From positions 9,052,001 to 9,116,000 of the forward strand of contig OX597834.1 in NCBI GenBank assembly GCA_951406725.2: DNA of 64,000 nucleotides, given 5' to 3'. The position numbers were made by a program, and so were the translations under genes. Of the stretch, positions 26,000 through 40,844 are shown piece after piece. Positions within the stretch are counted from its first letter, which is position 1. Each line of letters opens with the position of its first letter. Under the pieces are notes generated by a model. The model was not told the DNA's origin and did not search any database. It saw only the letters and a list, made by a program, of their open reading frames with translations. This stretch comes from Octopus vulgaris (taxonomy: Eukaryota).

Positions 26000-26285
26000 C
26001 TACTTGTGGCGACATTCACCCTGGGCGGGTTGAGTCGGCTTCTTCCACCACCCTCGAGGCATTTCGAACCATGGCAGTGGAAGAAGTTTCATGGGAATAT
26101 GAATTTCACAAGCGGTCCCCAACCATCCCGAAACAGACACTCCGAGGATTTTCACCAGATCCCCGTTTGCCGGGTTGTGGCCTTAATACCACTCGGTGTC
26201 AGACCAATCCGCCTTGGGTGGCCCTACCAGGAACCGAATTCCCGACGGCCTGTCTCTGACACTACACGCTGTGTGCTTAGTAACA
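26000..26285 (-). mobile_element. GC-rich fragment resembling an RTE/BovB-type LINE 5' UTR
   Basis: Minus strand has GCCGTCGGGAA..TTCCTGGTAGGGCCACCCAAGGCGGA, similar to the TAGGGYCACCCAAG core I recall from RTE-clade 5' UTRs and Bov-A. Confidence 0.6.
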
Positions 26286-26466
26286 AGGCTAGCTAAAATC
26301 CACATATCAAAATATTTATATTATTTCATTATTGATTATGATCTTCATGTAAAAGTATGTGTATTCATCACTATTTTAATTATTTTATTCAACTTAAGAA
26401 AAATTGAAGCATGTCTTTGACAATAACGAAGCATATTGAATATATACTGTACATGACTTTGGGCAC

Positions 26467-26516
<50 letters not shown>

Positions 26517-26539
26517 ATAAATAACACAGCAAGCAGCGA

Positions 26540-26722
26540 TGGTATTTTTACGTTGTGGGTTCAAGTTCCGCCGAGGTCGACTTTGCCTTTCATCCTTTCG
26601 GGGTCGATGAATTAAGTACCAGTTACGCACTGGGGTCAATGTAATCGACTTAATACCTATGTCTGTCCTTGTTTGTCCCCTCTATGTTTTGCCCCTTGTG
26701 GGTAGTAAAGAAATAGGTATTT
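26540..26722 (+). mobile_element. SINE family A, 5'-truncated
   Basis: GGGTTCAAGTTCCGCCGAGGTCGAC...GGGTAGTAAAGAAATAGGTATTT. Confidence 0.85.
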
Positions 26723-26972
26723 TTAAGAATACTATCGCTCTCATATTCATTTATACACACGCGCGCACACACACACACCGATCGGTTGAAAGTCAGTGAA
26801 CAGCTCTGACGTAACCATTGTGACCTTGACTTTCTATAATGACTCATAATAATGATTATATTTCTTAGTTCCACCTGAAATCATTTAATTATACGTGTAT
26901 ATCTGTTTTTATTTTTAAAAATGCCATTAGCATTATATCTTATGTGCATGTTGTTTGTGTCTTTTTACTTTC

Positions 26973-26974
<2 letters not shown>

Positions 26975-27003
<29 letters not shown>

Positions 27004-27004
27004 C

Positions 27005-27078
<74 letters not shown>
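26975..27078. repeat. (TA)n microsatellite
   Basis: Directly visible. Confidence 0.95.
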
Positions 27079-27869
27079 GTGTGTATATCTATCTAGCTAT
27101 CAATCTATCTGTATGTATGTATGGATTTCTGATAATGGAGAAGATGCAGAATATATGAAACAGAAAGTTTGGATGCCGGAAGAAATAGCGCTAAAGTTCA
27201 TGTCTTTAATTAATACCTAATGACACGTCATGATTAATATATTTTCCTTTCGGAAAATTTGAACTGGCCTCAGTAATTGGGTATCATGCTTCCGGCGGAA
27301 ATGTTTTTACTTCTTGTTTCATAGCTGAGAGCGAGTCTGCTTTGAACCATGACTAAAAACATACATTTACATACATTTCGAATGAACCCATTTTCTTTTT
27401 GCTGTGAAAATTCACCATAAGCATATGAAAGCGTACCATATCTAAACTTTGCCCGCGCAACACAATAGTTGCGTAACTCCAAACCCAGTACTTGTGGGGT
27501 ATTTCTTGTTACATACATAACAACTTCTGAGGGCTTACCTTTTGATTGTTCTCGATGGTGCTGTCTATTGCATCAATGCAATAAATAATTGCGTCGTTAT
27601 ATGACAATAGTCGTTCTTTTTGTTACTATTTTGTGTCGTATATCTTTTACCCTAACATATTTCGCTCATTGGACTTTAGTAATTCTAGGACTCCACTTGG
27701 AAGGATTTAGACGAATAAATCAAACCAGAGGTAAATATTATGTGTGGTACTTATTTTGTCGGTTTCTTTTGGCCGAACCACTTGCTTATGGCAAGAAAAC
27801 ACAAAACAGTGGAGACAAGACTTGCATGCACACTCACACACACATACGTACACACACACACACGTCCCA

Positions 27870-27900
<31 letters not shown>

Positions 27901-28244
27901 ATTCTTGAAAACCAGTGGATGTGTTCCACTGAATGTACACAAAAACTTTCGAACAGACAGTCAACAGCGACGCCTGCTGGATTCGACTACTCCATATTAA
28001 TAAAGGTCAAATACCCTGAAATTAGTCTGTGGGTATCTGAACCAGAATGGGGAAGCTGATGACCTCCCCTGGTCGAATTGTGTAATGGACACAGGTTTGT
28101 GTGCCACACAGCTTGCTACAGGCGATGGCCTCTTGGAGTTCATCAACGGCAGCATTTGTTCTATGTTTCTGGACTGCCGTGTTAGCTTGGCTATAACTAT
28201 CAATACCCAGTACTTCTGCCGTAGTCAATTTAGAGACATTTAGG

Positions 28245-28282
<38 letters not shown>

Positions 28283-29791
28283 TTGTTTCAGTCATTTGTC
28301 TGTGCCCATGCTGGAACATATATATGTATGTACGAATGTATGTATATATGCATACACAGACACGAGACCTTTCACAAAGTCTTCATCAACAACATTGATT
28401 CACAAACTACTGGTTTGTCAGTGACTACACGTAAAACATGCTTCTCCACGTAACCGCGCAGTCAGGCACTACGGCAAACACATGTAAAATGAGCGTTTTT
28501 TACTTCGCAGCCATCCCACCACCAATCGCTGAGACTTGTTAATAATATTATGATGTAAGTAGGTGAGCTGGAAGAATCATAAGTATGTTGACCAAGATAC
28601 TCAGCTGCATGTCGCCTGTCTTTACGTTCTGACTTCATATTCTGTCAAGGTCGACTTTGCCATTTATAATTTCGTGCTCAATAAAGTAAGTACCAGTTGA
28701 GGACAGGGGTTGATGTATTCGACTTAGCCACTCCTTCGAAATAGCTGGTTTTGTGCCAAAATGTGCAACCAGTATTTTTATTAGCTTTGGTGTAGAGATG
28801 TACAGTATTTATATGATGGGAATTGAATGAGGTTTTCGCTGTTTTCGTACCTATATAGTAGTACTAAGTTATTCAATAAACTTGTGTTGTTTCACATAAT
28901 TCGCCGTTGAAGGAGAAAATTATCATAAATAGAATTCCATACCTGACCATCTCGTAGTAAGTTTACCCTCTATTCAAGGTTGTCCTAATATTTTTAAACA
29001 TGGGTTTTACTTCTCCAGCAACTACGTAAACCCATCTGCCATGGTCTCCTATTAAGTTAAACTGTAGACTTTCTTTGACAACTCATCCTGGGACGAACAG
29101 GATATTTGGTTGATAATTCTAGTAGGTCAAGCAACCATGTAGAGGCTCCTACTTTTACCCGTCAGTCTTTTATGATAGTAATTTTCTACTGCAGCAATTT
29201 TTAGCAATGTATTGGTGCAGAGATAGATCTGAAAGTCCTTGCTATCGCATTTTTCCCTTTTTGTCGATGCTAATTTCCTATCAAAGTTTGATGCGATCAA
29301 TTTTGTTTTTAAATTAATAAAACAAAATTGTTCACTTCTTAACACTAGAACCCGAAGTAAATCTATAAATAACCTGTGTATAATCAGTTAAGAGCGTTTG
29401 GGAAAAATACGTCAAAGATGCCCATAGGCCTGGAACCTATATTTTCTGTAAACATATGTTCTAACATTAGACCAAATGAAACATTCGAATTTTTCTATCC
29501 ATTTTAAACTCTTTTCTTACCATCGAGAATTGAAAGTTGTTTACGCCATGAGAATTCAGAAATTCAAAAGACATGAAATAGTTTGTCTTAACCCATTATT
29601 TATATGCTTATCTCACTGGAGTTCCACTTTTAAAAGCAAACTATCTCACGTTTCTTCAGTTTTCTCAATTCTCATCAGTAAATAATATAACAAATGTTCT
29701 TTTCGTTTTCAATTGATCCTTTCTATTATTGACACAAAGCATGAACTTTGTGAGGAATGTGGTATAAATAACTAATATTGTTCAACTAGTA

Positions 29792-32135
29792 CAGTGGTAC
29801 CTTGCACTACGAGTTTAGTTCGTCCCATGACCGAGACCGTTTTATCGTTTGCTCGTTTTACAAATCAATTTTCCTCATTGAAATTAACCGAAATATAATC
29901 CCTCCGTTCCAGCAAAACAACAGAAAAACAATTTTGTTTTTATGAAATTTGAAACAGAAAAGTTGTGGTCACAACTAAAATGACAATTTTAAAAAAGAGA
30001 ATGCAAAAGAAATGTGTAAACAGGTTTTATTAACTGAATTACCTTTGAAATAGGACAATTTTTGGGCGAGGAAGCCGACAGATAGTCGAGGAGGAGGATT
30101 ACTCTTTGGAAGGAGAATCGCGTTCCATTAAGATGTCATGAGAAACAATTCCTTGCATTTTCTCTCTCACTTCGCTTAATTTAAGCTGTTTGGACATCTT
30201 TTCTCCACTTTTTACACTTGCGTTAGAAACAATTCGTTAGAAAAATATCAAGAGAAGTCTGTATTTTCCTGCCTTTCAAAATGTAACAAAAATGCACCAG
30301 AGCAGTGTCATTAAATAAAGCAGCTGCAGGATATGTAGCTACTTTTTCCGGGAGGTATTTTCTTGCAAAGTCAGAAACCTATTGCAATTTTGCCAACACT
30401 GCCGTTATGCGAAACCAATCTCTTCCATCGCATCCAAATGCTGCTCCTGAAGCTGCAGGAGTTCATCTGTCGTCAGCTCCTCTGAGTGTTCCACGACGAG
30501 ATCGTTAATGACCCCATCATCAACCTCGAGGCCCAGGGAGTTTCTAAGAAGCACTATCTCTTCAACTACAGGTGTATCAGACACAAACCCCACGAAATCT
30601 CTTTCGGATACGCAGGAAGCCACAGCTTCCTCCATGTAGAATTCAACGTTCTCCTCGTTACACCCAACCAGGCTATATCGATGATTTTCAGGTCGTTTAC
30701 AATGTTGCAGTGCTCCTTCCAAAACTCATGAGGGGTTAGGTATTTATTTTCGGTGACTTTAAAGCACCAACGAAACAGGTGTTTGGTGTACAATGTCTTA
30801 AAATTAGAAATCTCCACTTAGTTCATGGGTTGTTGGTCCGTGGTGTTGCGTGAAAGGTACAGAATACTTTACGAATATAAATTCGTCCATGATATCATCG
30901 TCGAGGTTAGGAGGGTAAGCAGGAGCATTGTCGTATTTGTGGAGGGCCTTGAGAGGAAGATTGTTCTCCAGAAGGTATTTCTTCACTGCTGGTCCGAGGA
31001 CAAGTTTGACTTACTCGAAGATGAATTACCTGCTGACACAGGCCTTAAAGTTTGACCACCACATGACCTGCAGCATTACCTTCAGGATTTTGTGTGACTT
31101 GATCGCTCATAGTGTTTTGGAATAGTAGACAAGGAACGGCTTAATCTTCAAGTCTCCACTGTCATTGGCTCAAAGGGCAAGAGTCAGCCTATCTTTCGTA
31201 GGTCTGTGGCCTCGCATTTTCTTCTCCTCTAGTTATGTAAGTTCTTCTGGGCATATTTTTTCCCAAAAAGGCCACTTGCATCACAGTTTAATACATGTTG
31301 TGCAATGTACGCCTTGGCTGCAATAAGCTGACGGAATACACGCACGAAATCTTCTGCTGCCTTCATGTCAGAATTGGCTGCTTCTACATACCTGACGACG
31401 CTATGAACACCAGTTCTCCTTTTGAAATTATCAAACCAGCTGCGACTGGCTTTAAATGCGTCTTGTGGTGTCGCATCCGTCGATGTTCTAGAGTTCTGCT
31501 TCAGGTGATCCCTATATAACACTCGTGCTTTCTCGCAGATGATTGTCTCCGTAATCGTATCCCCTGAGTTGCTTCTCGTTCATCTACAAGAGAAGCATTT
31601 TCTCCAATCTTTCCTGGACAGATGCGCATTGATTAGATCATCTGGAGATACACTTTGCAATTGCAAAAGCCTTGATCTCTTCCTTTATCTTGACAATGAT
31701 GCAGATCGTCGACGTATTTCGGTCGTATTGACGTGCTATGCCCATTACAAGAACTCCTCTCACATGTTTATCAATGATTTCCATTTTCAGTTCTATCGTA
31801 ATCAGCTTTTTCTTCTTCTCGGCACTGATTTTTGCACTAACCATCTTATGACCTATGGCTAACAAAACTAATTATTATAAGATAATAGCAAAAATTTCAC
31901 AAAACTAACCAAAAGCATTAGGGGAAACCACAACAAGAATGCTGCTACAGATTGAGCGGAGACCGCGCCTGTTGGGAGAGCGTGCGTCAGCTCAGCGCCG
32001 ACTAACAGTCGCTTGTATGAAACTTTCTCGTATTTTTAATTTTCGCTCGTAATTCAAGACAAAATTTCTCATGAGCCACACCTCGTACAGAAAATTACTC
32101 GTACAATGGTGCATTCATACTGCGAAGTTTTTCTG
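29792..32135 (-). mobile_element. Tigger/pogo-family DNA transposon, near full length, inactivated
   Basis: TA|CAGTGGTACC... and a diverged ...CTG|TA end. Minus-strand transposase with KKKLITIELKMEIIDKH (CENP-B/psq HTH), FKASRSWFDNFKRR, NCDASGLF, DNAPAYP, ISNFKTLY; multiple frameshifts. Confidence 0.93.
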
Positions 32136-32204
32136 TAATTATTCGATAGACTCCCGAAGTGATGAAACAAGTCGACATCGGTGCTATTTGAACTCAGAAA
32201 TTAT

Positions 32205-32413
32205 ATTTCTTTATTGCTCACAAGGGGCTAAACATAGAGGGGGACAAACAAAGACAGACAAAGGGATTGAATTGATTACATCGACCCCAGTGCGTAAATG
32301 GTACTTTATTTATCGACCCCGAAAGGATGAAAGGCAAAGTCGACCTCGGCGGAATTTGAACTCAGAACGTAACGGCAGACGAGATACGGCTACGCATTTC
32401 GCCCGGCGTGCTA
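32205..32413 (-). mobile_element. SINE family A
   Basis: Reverse complement of the family A unit. Confidence 0.9.
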
Positions 32414-33827
32414 CGACATGTTACTAGGTATTGTATCCTGTATGGTAACGATTTTTTTTAGAGATAATTAGTTTTACTTGGTCAGGGGGTTAAAGGTGGG
32501 AAGGAATAATAGTTGGTAGAATTTTATAACAGTAAATTCGAAAATTTGAAATGTAAATTGTTTTTTATTAAAACTTAATTATCAAATTTTCATGTATTTA
32601 TTTTATTTTATTAGTCATTTCACTCATTATTCTAATTCAAATTTCCTAAAACCATTTCGGAATTGAAAAGAAAAGAAAAGAAAAAGAAAAGTGAACACTA
32701 TGAACAATAAAACAGCAAAGTGGAAAATTCATATTGTTAAAGATATATCATAACCTAACCAGCTTTCTTTTGGAGTGTGTTGCCAGGCCTGTTGTTATAT
32801 CCGCACCAATCAAGGAGTAAATAGTTCGAACATTATCGTATGTTTAATTAATTACCTTACAGAGGATGAAGCCAGCAATAAGCACTTATCGATGCTATAT
32901 CGTTGAGCTACTTCAGCCAAGAACTAATATTAAACGAAAGATCGCTAAATCGTTCTGAAACACTAATTTCATTATCATGGACATAGATAAAGCAAAAGCC
33001 GTAAAGGTGAGAGAGATTATATCAAAATATGGCATTTGTTCAAAATACACCCACCAGTATAAATACTTAATACAATGTACTATATAAATGATGGTGATTG
33101 TTATAGAGTAGTTAGGGGCATCTATTTATTGGTGTGTCGATTTTGCAGTGTAGTTTCGATTCTCCTGCGGAATTAAATTAAATTCCGAGTTTTATTGTTT
33201 CTTTAAATTCTTTCTAAACATAAAATGTCTCACCAATCGCTATATCCTATTCTCTGAATACAATGAAATTTTCCACCCACAGATGGGTAAATTTTAATTA
33301 AAAAAAACAAAAAAGAAAACAAAACTAAATAATAAATAATCAACAAGTAATTCAGACTATGTAACTTCCAGAGAGTAATCGATTGTGTTGATAAAGTCGA
33401 TCGAATAGAATCCTGAATATTATTGATATTTGCTATATCGATCATTTCCCTCTAGCAGCTTCTTACCAATATTGGATTTATATTCAGGCACTTAGCCTAT
33501 TTTCGCAGTGTATCTATACATGTTGACTCGTCTATACTTACATGTATAATGCTTATTTCAAAGATCTTGGGCAGAGGTGGCGGTGGTGGTAGTAGGGGGT
33601 TTGTAGTGGTTGTATTTATTGCTGTCAGCCTCATTATCGTATACATTTCTGAAGTAAGTATGGCGGTTTTAAAGTTTAGAGAAAACAGAAATTAAGCTTC
33701 AGTGTGTTTCCTGAAGGCACTCTTATTGTAAATTTTGTTTTGATTTCATTGGAATTGTAACTCCTTTCCCGTCTCAGCTTTCGGGAATTAACACGTAGTC
33801 TAAGACATATATATATATATATATGTC

Positions 33828-33877
<50 letters not shown>

Positions 33878-34691
33878 CACACACAAACATATATATATAT
33901 ATATATCTGTGTGTGTGTGTATGTGTGTGAGTTCATTGGTTTTGTTATTTAATCTGAAATAATACCTGATTTAACAAACAAATAATGAGTATATGACAAT
34001 CGCAATTGATGTTGCATTGACAGATAATATAAAATACTGCATTATCGAATTTATGGTTTATTTATATTTTAATATATAAGGTATGGTTTAAGTGAGAATT
34101 TATTGATATTAATTGTTTGCTGGACAACCGCCCACGTATATGTTCCTCTAGATTTCATCTAAAATTGATTCATCACATTGGCACAGGTTGTGACACATCT
34201 AAAGGAGGAGTGAATTCGTGTCTCTGTGTATTTATTAACTAAGTGACACAAGCTAGTTAACATAAGTTCTAGATTTACAATCCTGAGCAATCATTCGAGT
34301 ATCCTTACGACGTCCAGAGAAATTCTGTGAGGTATTTTTTCATGTATTTCTGCAGTAAGACAAATCTTAAGTGTGAGGTAAAGGAATAATAGTAAATCTG
34401 ATGATTGCATATATATGTTTATATATTTGTGTATATAATATATATATATTGTAAACTTAAAATACTGAAACACGTGTAGTTCCTTCATATTTAAAAAATA
34501 TAAGTATTAACTAAAGTATGATATAATTAATGAAGTAGGTTATATAACTGGCAATTTAGCTTATATACTTCCAGTGTTATTTCGAGATGTGCAAACTGAT
34601 ACCATGAGTTTACTGTCAGATATTACTAATTAGGTTATTTTTGTATTATGTGAAATAGAATACCCGCATATCGAGTAACCCCCCAAAATTG

Positions 34692-34747
<56 letters not shown>

Positions 34748-34748
34748 T

Positions 34749-34965
34749 TTATTTAAAAGCAGCAGAAATATAAAAGCTGTTACTCACAGTAGATTTAAGG
34801 CTGTAACAAGTTTGTCTGACAGTTTTGTAATAAAACTATCCGACGAACGGGAACGTGAAACTCGGAGTAACAGCTTTTGTTATGTTTCTGCTTTCAAATA
34901 AGCATATTACTCTACCTCTGGCATTTGAGTACTCTTTTTCCCCCTTATTTCACATTTATGTGCCC
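34749..34965 (+). mobile_element. Palindromic Penelope-derived element carrying a minimal hammerhead ribozyme
   Basis: Inverted arms 34749-34785 / 34865-34901; flanked by (TA)n; hammerhead fold at 34832-34878. Confidence 0.6.
34832..34878 (+). ncRNA. Minimal type-I hammerhead ribozyme (core U4C variant, probably inactive copy)
   Basis: AAAACUAU-CCGACGA-ACG(GGAA)CGU-GAAA-CUC(G)GAG-UA^ACAGCUUUU. Core is one mismatch from CUGANGA; 3-bp stem II; stem III ACUC/GAGU with a 1-nt loop; GUA triplet; imperfect stem I. Confidence 0.65.
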
Positions 34966-34969
34966 TCTA

Positions 34970-35003
<34 letters not shown>

Positions 35004-35665
35004 TGGCGAAGAATATTTCGGAAAAAGGTGTTATAACAGACATACATAATTAGTGCACAAACCGGAGAAGCAGATATTTAAAACCATACATCAAAGGAGA
35101 GCAGAGGGATGCCAAACAGGAAAGTTTGACTATGGGCAATGTAGCGATCGAGATAATTGAAGTTACAATTAATATAAAACCGTCAGATTTTCCTTAATTG
35201 TTACAATTCACTTTCAAAAATATGAAAAGAAGACTTTAGGTCATTAAATTCATGACTAAAACAAGCGCTACTTTTGTTTTCATTTTAGGAAGATGAAATG
35301 CAAAAACGTGAGTCGGAGATTAAAAGGCGGACATAATGCTTTTATATGCTATGTTTATATTTAATTTCTTAGGCTAAACCATTTGTTGAGATATTTCAAT
35401 GAATATTTTGCCGCTAATAATGATGCGCTAATACACGAAATAAAACCGCTTTTTTCAGACTTTCTTATGCTTATCAAATGTACTTAAGGACTTAAATGAC
35501 TACTCATATTTACATATTTCCCACGCCCCCATAAGGTTGCGAATTTTCTAGAAAAGCAATTGCCACCATCATAGATTCCCATGCATATAACTTCATTTCT
35601 GCGAAGCAATAGTACTCGCTAACTTATTAAGAGTGACACAGATACATACATGTGCGTGCATGCTC

Positions 35666-35667
<2 letters not shown>

Positions 35668-35715
<48 letters not shown>

Positions 35716-35724
35716 TTATAAGTA

Positions 35725-35759
<35 letters not shown>

Positions 35760-35779
35760 TTATAAGTATGAATATATAA

Positions 35780-35817
<38 letters not shown>

Positions 35818-36025
35818 TTATAAGTATGAATATATAAGTATATATATATATATATGTATTTATAAGTATGAATATATAAGTATATATATATATATATATA
35901 TGTATTTATAAGTATGAATATATAAGTATATATATATATAATGTATTTATAAGTATGAATATATAAGTATATATATATATATATATGTATTTATAAGTAT
36001 GAATATATAAGTATATATATATATA
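35668..36025. repeat. Minisatellite TGTATTTATAAGTATGAATATATAAG+(TA)n, about 7 units
   Basis: Directly visible tandem units. Confidence 0.92.
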
Positions 36026-36108
36026 TGTATATACATACATACACACATATAAATACACGCATATATGAATGGATATATATACTCATATATATATGCATTT
36101 ACAAAATA

Positions 36109-36170
<62 letters not shown>

Positions 36171-36839
36171 GACACATACAACCATATAAATGAGTGTGTA
36201 TGAGTGTACTTATGTGTTTTTATAAGAATAGCAGTACCAGGTGGAAATCATCGGTTTCAGATTGTAATAATTATATTTCCAAACGTAAATATTTACACTA
36301 CAAACATATTGAATTCTCCCTCTCTGATAAGATGCGGTACTGAGTAACACCAATTTGATAAAGCATGTAGCAAATAAATTATTTTCTGATGTTTGGATAC
36401 ATGTTTGTACAACACATTGTACACTAAATGTTAGTGTTCATGCGTGAGACAATTCATTTCAGATTCTACCCAGTACTCAATTGACTGTGCGGATAGTTCA
36501 AAGGCTGGTAAACACTTCTCCTGCACACGCCATGACCTCGAGGATATCGTATTGGTTTTAAGGCTGTAACAAGTTAGAGGTTTTCTGTTTATCCTTGAAA
36601 CAGCATTCTGCTTTTAACACTTCAGTGTTTTAAACAAGCCATGCCCGGCACAATTATTTTACCTATTTTTGGTTCGAACTGGCAATATCCAGCCTCGCAC
36701 TACTTCTCTACATTGTCATTCTAAAAGGTAACAGTTACTTCATCACAATCTATACGTTTCGAGATAATGTAAGAATAATTCCGAGCATTTGAATAAGTAG
36801 GAAGTCCTTTTGCGAAAAGAAAGATTTATTTCCTTGGAC

Positions 36840-37702
36840 AAATGTGTTTGACTGTAGCTGCAGTCGAAGGGATTGAGATCGGGGCTTGTTGAAGCCTATA
36901 TATACTTTCGTTTGAACAATGGAATGTTTTTTTCTGAACCCAGTGCTGTGTCTTTTCCTGCTGTGAGATGCTGCCAAGTCATGCTGGAAATTCCCCACAT
37001 GTGCCTTGATGGTGCGTATTTCTTCATGGAAGCGCTGCAGCTTCCAGATTGTCGCTAATGTATCGTTAGCTGTTTTAAAATCAGAGTACTCAAAGACGAG
37101 GTGAGACATTCTAGTGGCTGTCACGGCCGCCCAAACCATAATTGACTGAGCTTTGACGTCGACTTCGATTTATGGGTCTACACCGAACGAAGTCAGGTAC
37201 ACTCCAAACTCAGTTATTCTTGTTTACTGCCTGTTGGATGTAAAATTCCTTTTCATTAGTGAACACCAGTTTGCGAAGCGTGACTTCAGCAAATCTGGTG
37301 CAGGATAAGACGTGTTGTCTCCAGTCTCATGGATTTATAAACTTCCGCGAGCTGATGACAATGGATCATGTTGTAAGGCAACACACTACTCTTTCGGCCA
37401 ATTATGAGTTGATAAGCGGTAACTAGTTTCTTGAATTTCTAGTCAATTTTACAGAATGTTGTTCTATTAATTTCAAGCTATTTTGCTAAAGTTGTATTAC
37501 GTTCGTCTCCTTTGCGGTGGGTTATGATTGTATTCCGGTCTATAGACATTATCGAATTTATAAATCTGAATTTATTTAGTCTGAAACAAAAAGACACACT
37601 AAGCTTTTATAATGATGCACAATCTATTTTCATATCTTATCACGTTTAATGATGGTTATTAAAGCCCGAAACGTCGTTGACTTAATTTCGGGACACGTTG
37701 TA
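36840..37702 (-). mobile_element. Tc1/mariner transposon remnant
   Basis: Minus strand begins TA|CAACGTGTCCCGAAATTAAGTC; encodes MVWAAVTATRMSHLVF, FQHDLAASH and PDLNPFD. Confidence 0.78.
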
Positions 37703-38419
37703 TATATGTAAATATATAAATGTGTGGTTGTGTATGTGTAGAGGCGGGTGTATATAGGATTGTAAGCAAGAAGACTTTCTCAATACTCCTAGATTTCAAG
37801 AAAAAGATAGACAGTTATGACTAGATTGACTTATGAAGAACCACATTCCTGTCTGTGATTTCTGAAAGTAACAATAAGAATTGTAGAAAAAAATAGAACG
37901 ACGTAAGCTAAGAATGAATAGATGAAGAACTCCCATATTCCAAAAGTTCATTACACAATTCAATGTGATTCACAATCTGGAGTGCTGTCGTCTGCTTCGT
38001 TATCGATTCTTTGTTCTACTTATGAATAGGTCAATATGTTGATAGTTATATATCTCTGGCTTCCACCAAAACGTTGCTGTGCCGTTCGTTTCTGCAACAC
38101 TTAATGATTTCTGTCTCGCAGTTTATCATTTAAACTCTTTTTCTTTAACTGTGACAATTGATTATTGGTTAAATTACATATGTGCAGTTCGCTATCATTC
38201 TATATATTTTATAGTGTACTTGCAGCAGAATTTCTCAATATTTATTTCATTCTTTCTTTCATTTAATCCTTTATTCTCTCACTCTCTCTCTCACTCTCTC
38301 TTTCTCAATTTTTCACTCCCATACTCTCAATGTCTAAACCTCTCTCACTCTCTCCCCACACAAATACAGTGACACACACATAATCAATATTATACATATA
38401 CGAATATATATACAGATAT

Positions 38420-39090
<671 letters not shown>

Positions 39091-39971
39091 CCAATAGATA
39101 TACACATATACATGGATATATAAATATATCCATATATATATATAAGTATATCCATATATATGTGAATATATATATGTGTGTACATACGAATACACCCGCA
39201 AATATTCTTACGCACATATATGTATATGTACGTATGTATATATTTCTGTACATATGTATGTATATATGCATGCATGCATGTATGTATGTATTACCGGCGT
39301 GGATAATTGTAGATTGCCGTCATCAATGGATGCATTGTCAGCGAATTTGAGAAGAAAAAATCGAATTCTCTCCTGACATGCGTGCGTATTATTATGTGTA
39401 AGACTAGCTGGATACATATTTTTTAGAAGTATACAAGAATATAGGTTTTGGGAAAGAATATGTAGCAGAGAAAAACACTTCAGATGAACAAAAACATAAT
39501 ACAGTGATGTAGAAAAATATAGCAAAATATATTGATGACAAGAAATAATTATCTTTGGATTCTTATCTTCATATAGGAAATAACATACGTGAACATGGAA
39601 GTTTATAATTGAGATCCGTACTAGAAACGTCTGAGCAAGTACGAATGTTCGTTGTTAATATATATTGCATAACCACCAGCTCATCAGGGACTTGAATTTG
39701 TTCAGTAACCTAAGAAATTAGTTGTGTGTCGTGCGGTATGATCTGTCCATCAGAGAATTTATAGATGGATAGAATTGCATAAACAAATACACAAACTAGG
39801 ACTCACATATACATACATACATACATATATATATACATATATGTAAATATATTCAAGAAAATATTATACTATTAAAGTAATCATATATTTAATACGAACG
39901 ATATATACATATGTTTTTTAATAATATATAAATATTGATAATTATATATTATTAAAAAAAATATGCATATA

Positions 39972-40030
<59 letters not shown>

Positions 40031-40844
40031 CAGACGAGTATACGCCACTGATGATAATCAAAAAAGATTGAAATTACGTGATATGCTGATCTTGGAACTT
40101 GGAGAGTACGGAGTTCTCTCCCCGCTTGCAATATATATACTGGGTTTAAAACAGTAGTAACGTCTGTTCTTGTAGAACCCCCACGTTTAAATGACAATAT
40201 ACATTATATTCATTCATATATATATATATATACTTACTTATACAGAGAGAGAGATTGGGTATTTACCCTTAAAAGATGGACAAACTTGCCAGCAGACGGC
40301 TTCCAGATTCGGACTTGTATCGGTTAGATTGTTGTTATCAGGATCCGTTTTCAATCATATCTTTTTGAATGCGACTGAAGTACCATGCCATGTAGCCAGT
40401 ACTTAAATCTCCGGGAATATTCATGTACTTCAAAAAACAGAATTCATTTACAGATACATCTAATTTATTTACAGTTACATCTAATTACACTTTTCTAACG
40501 ATGCTGATTTCAAATATTAGCACAAAGCTACCACTTTCAAGGGAGGGAACCATAAATTGATCATATCAACCCCGGTGTTCAAGCGATTATATCGACCCTG
40601 GGGTTCATCAAATGGTACTTTTTTTGCCGACTTCGAAAAGAGAAAACGCGACGTCGACATCGACGGAATTTGAAATCAGAACCTCATGACGAACAAAACG
40701 TCACTATGTATTTTGGCAGGCATGCTGACGATTCTGCTCACCACTTTCGTGTTTCTTAATATCTGTTTCGCACTTTGTCACAAGCTCAGCAGCTCTATGG
40801 GAATTAATAAACCGATTATATCGATCACAACTGATATTCATTTT

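Noticed and set aside
27270-27620. Cys-rich minus-strand stretch (CYVCNKK..KWVHSKC) and a DAIIYCID peptide ending at a GTAAGC donor
   Set aside because: Interrupted by stops and too short; the resemblance to PHD or small-GTPase motifs could be chance.
28050-28085. CTGATGA...GAAT hammerhead-like string (others at ~39650-39695 and ~40300-40345 minus)
   Set aside because: GAAA core is broken and stems I/III cannot be formed convincingly.
35668-36025. Regularly spaced repeats resembling a CRISPR array
   Set aside because: Spacers are just (TA)n, the context is eukaryotic and there are no cas genes; it is a minisatellite.
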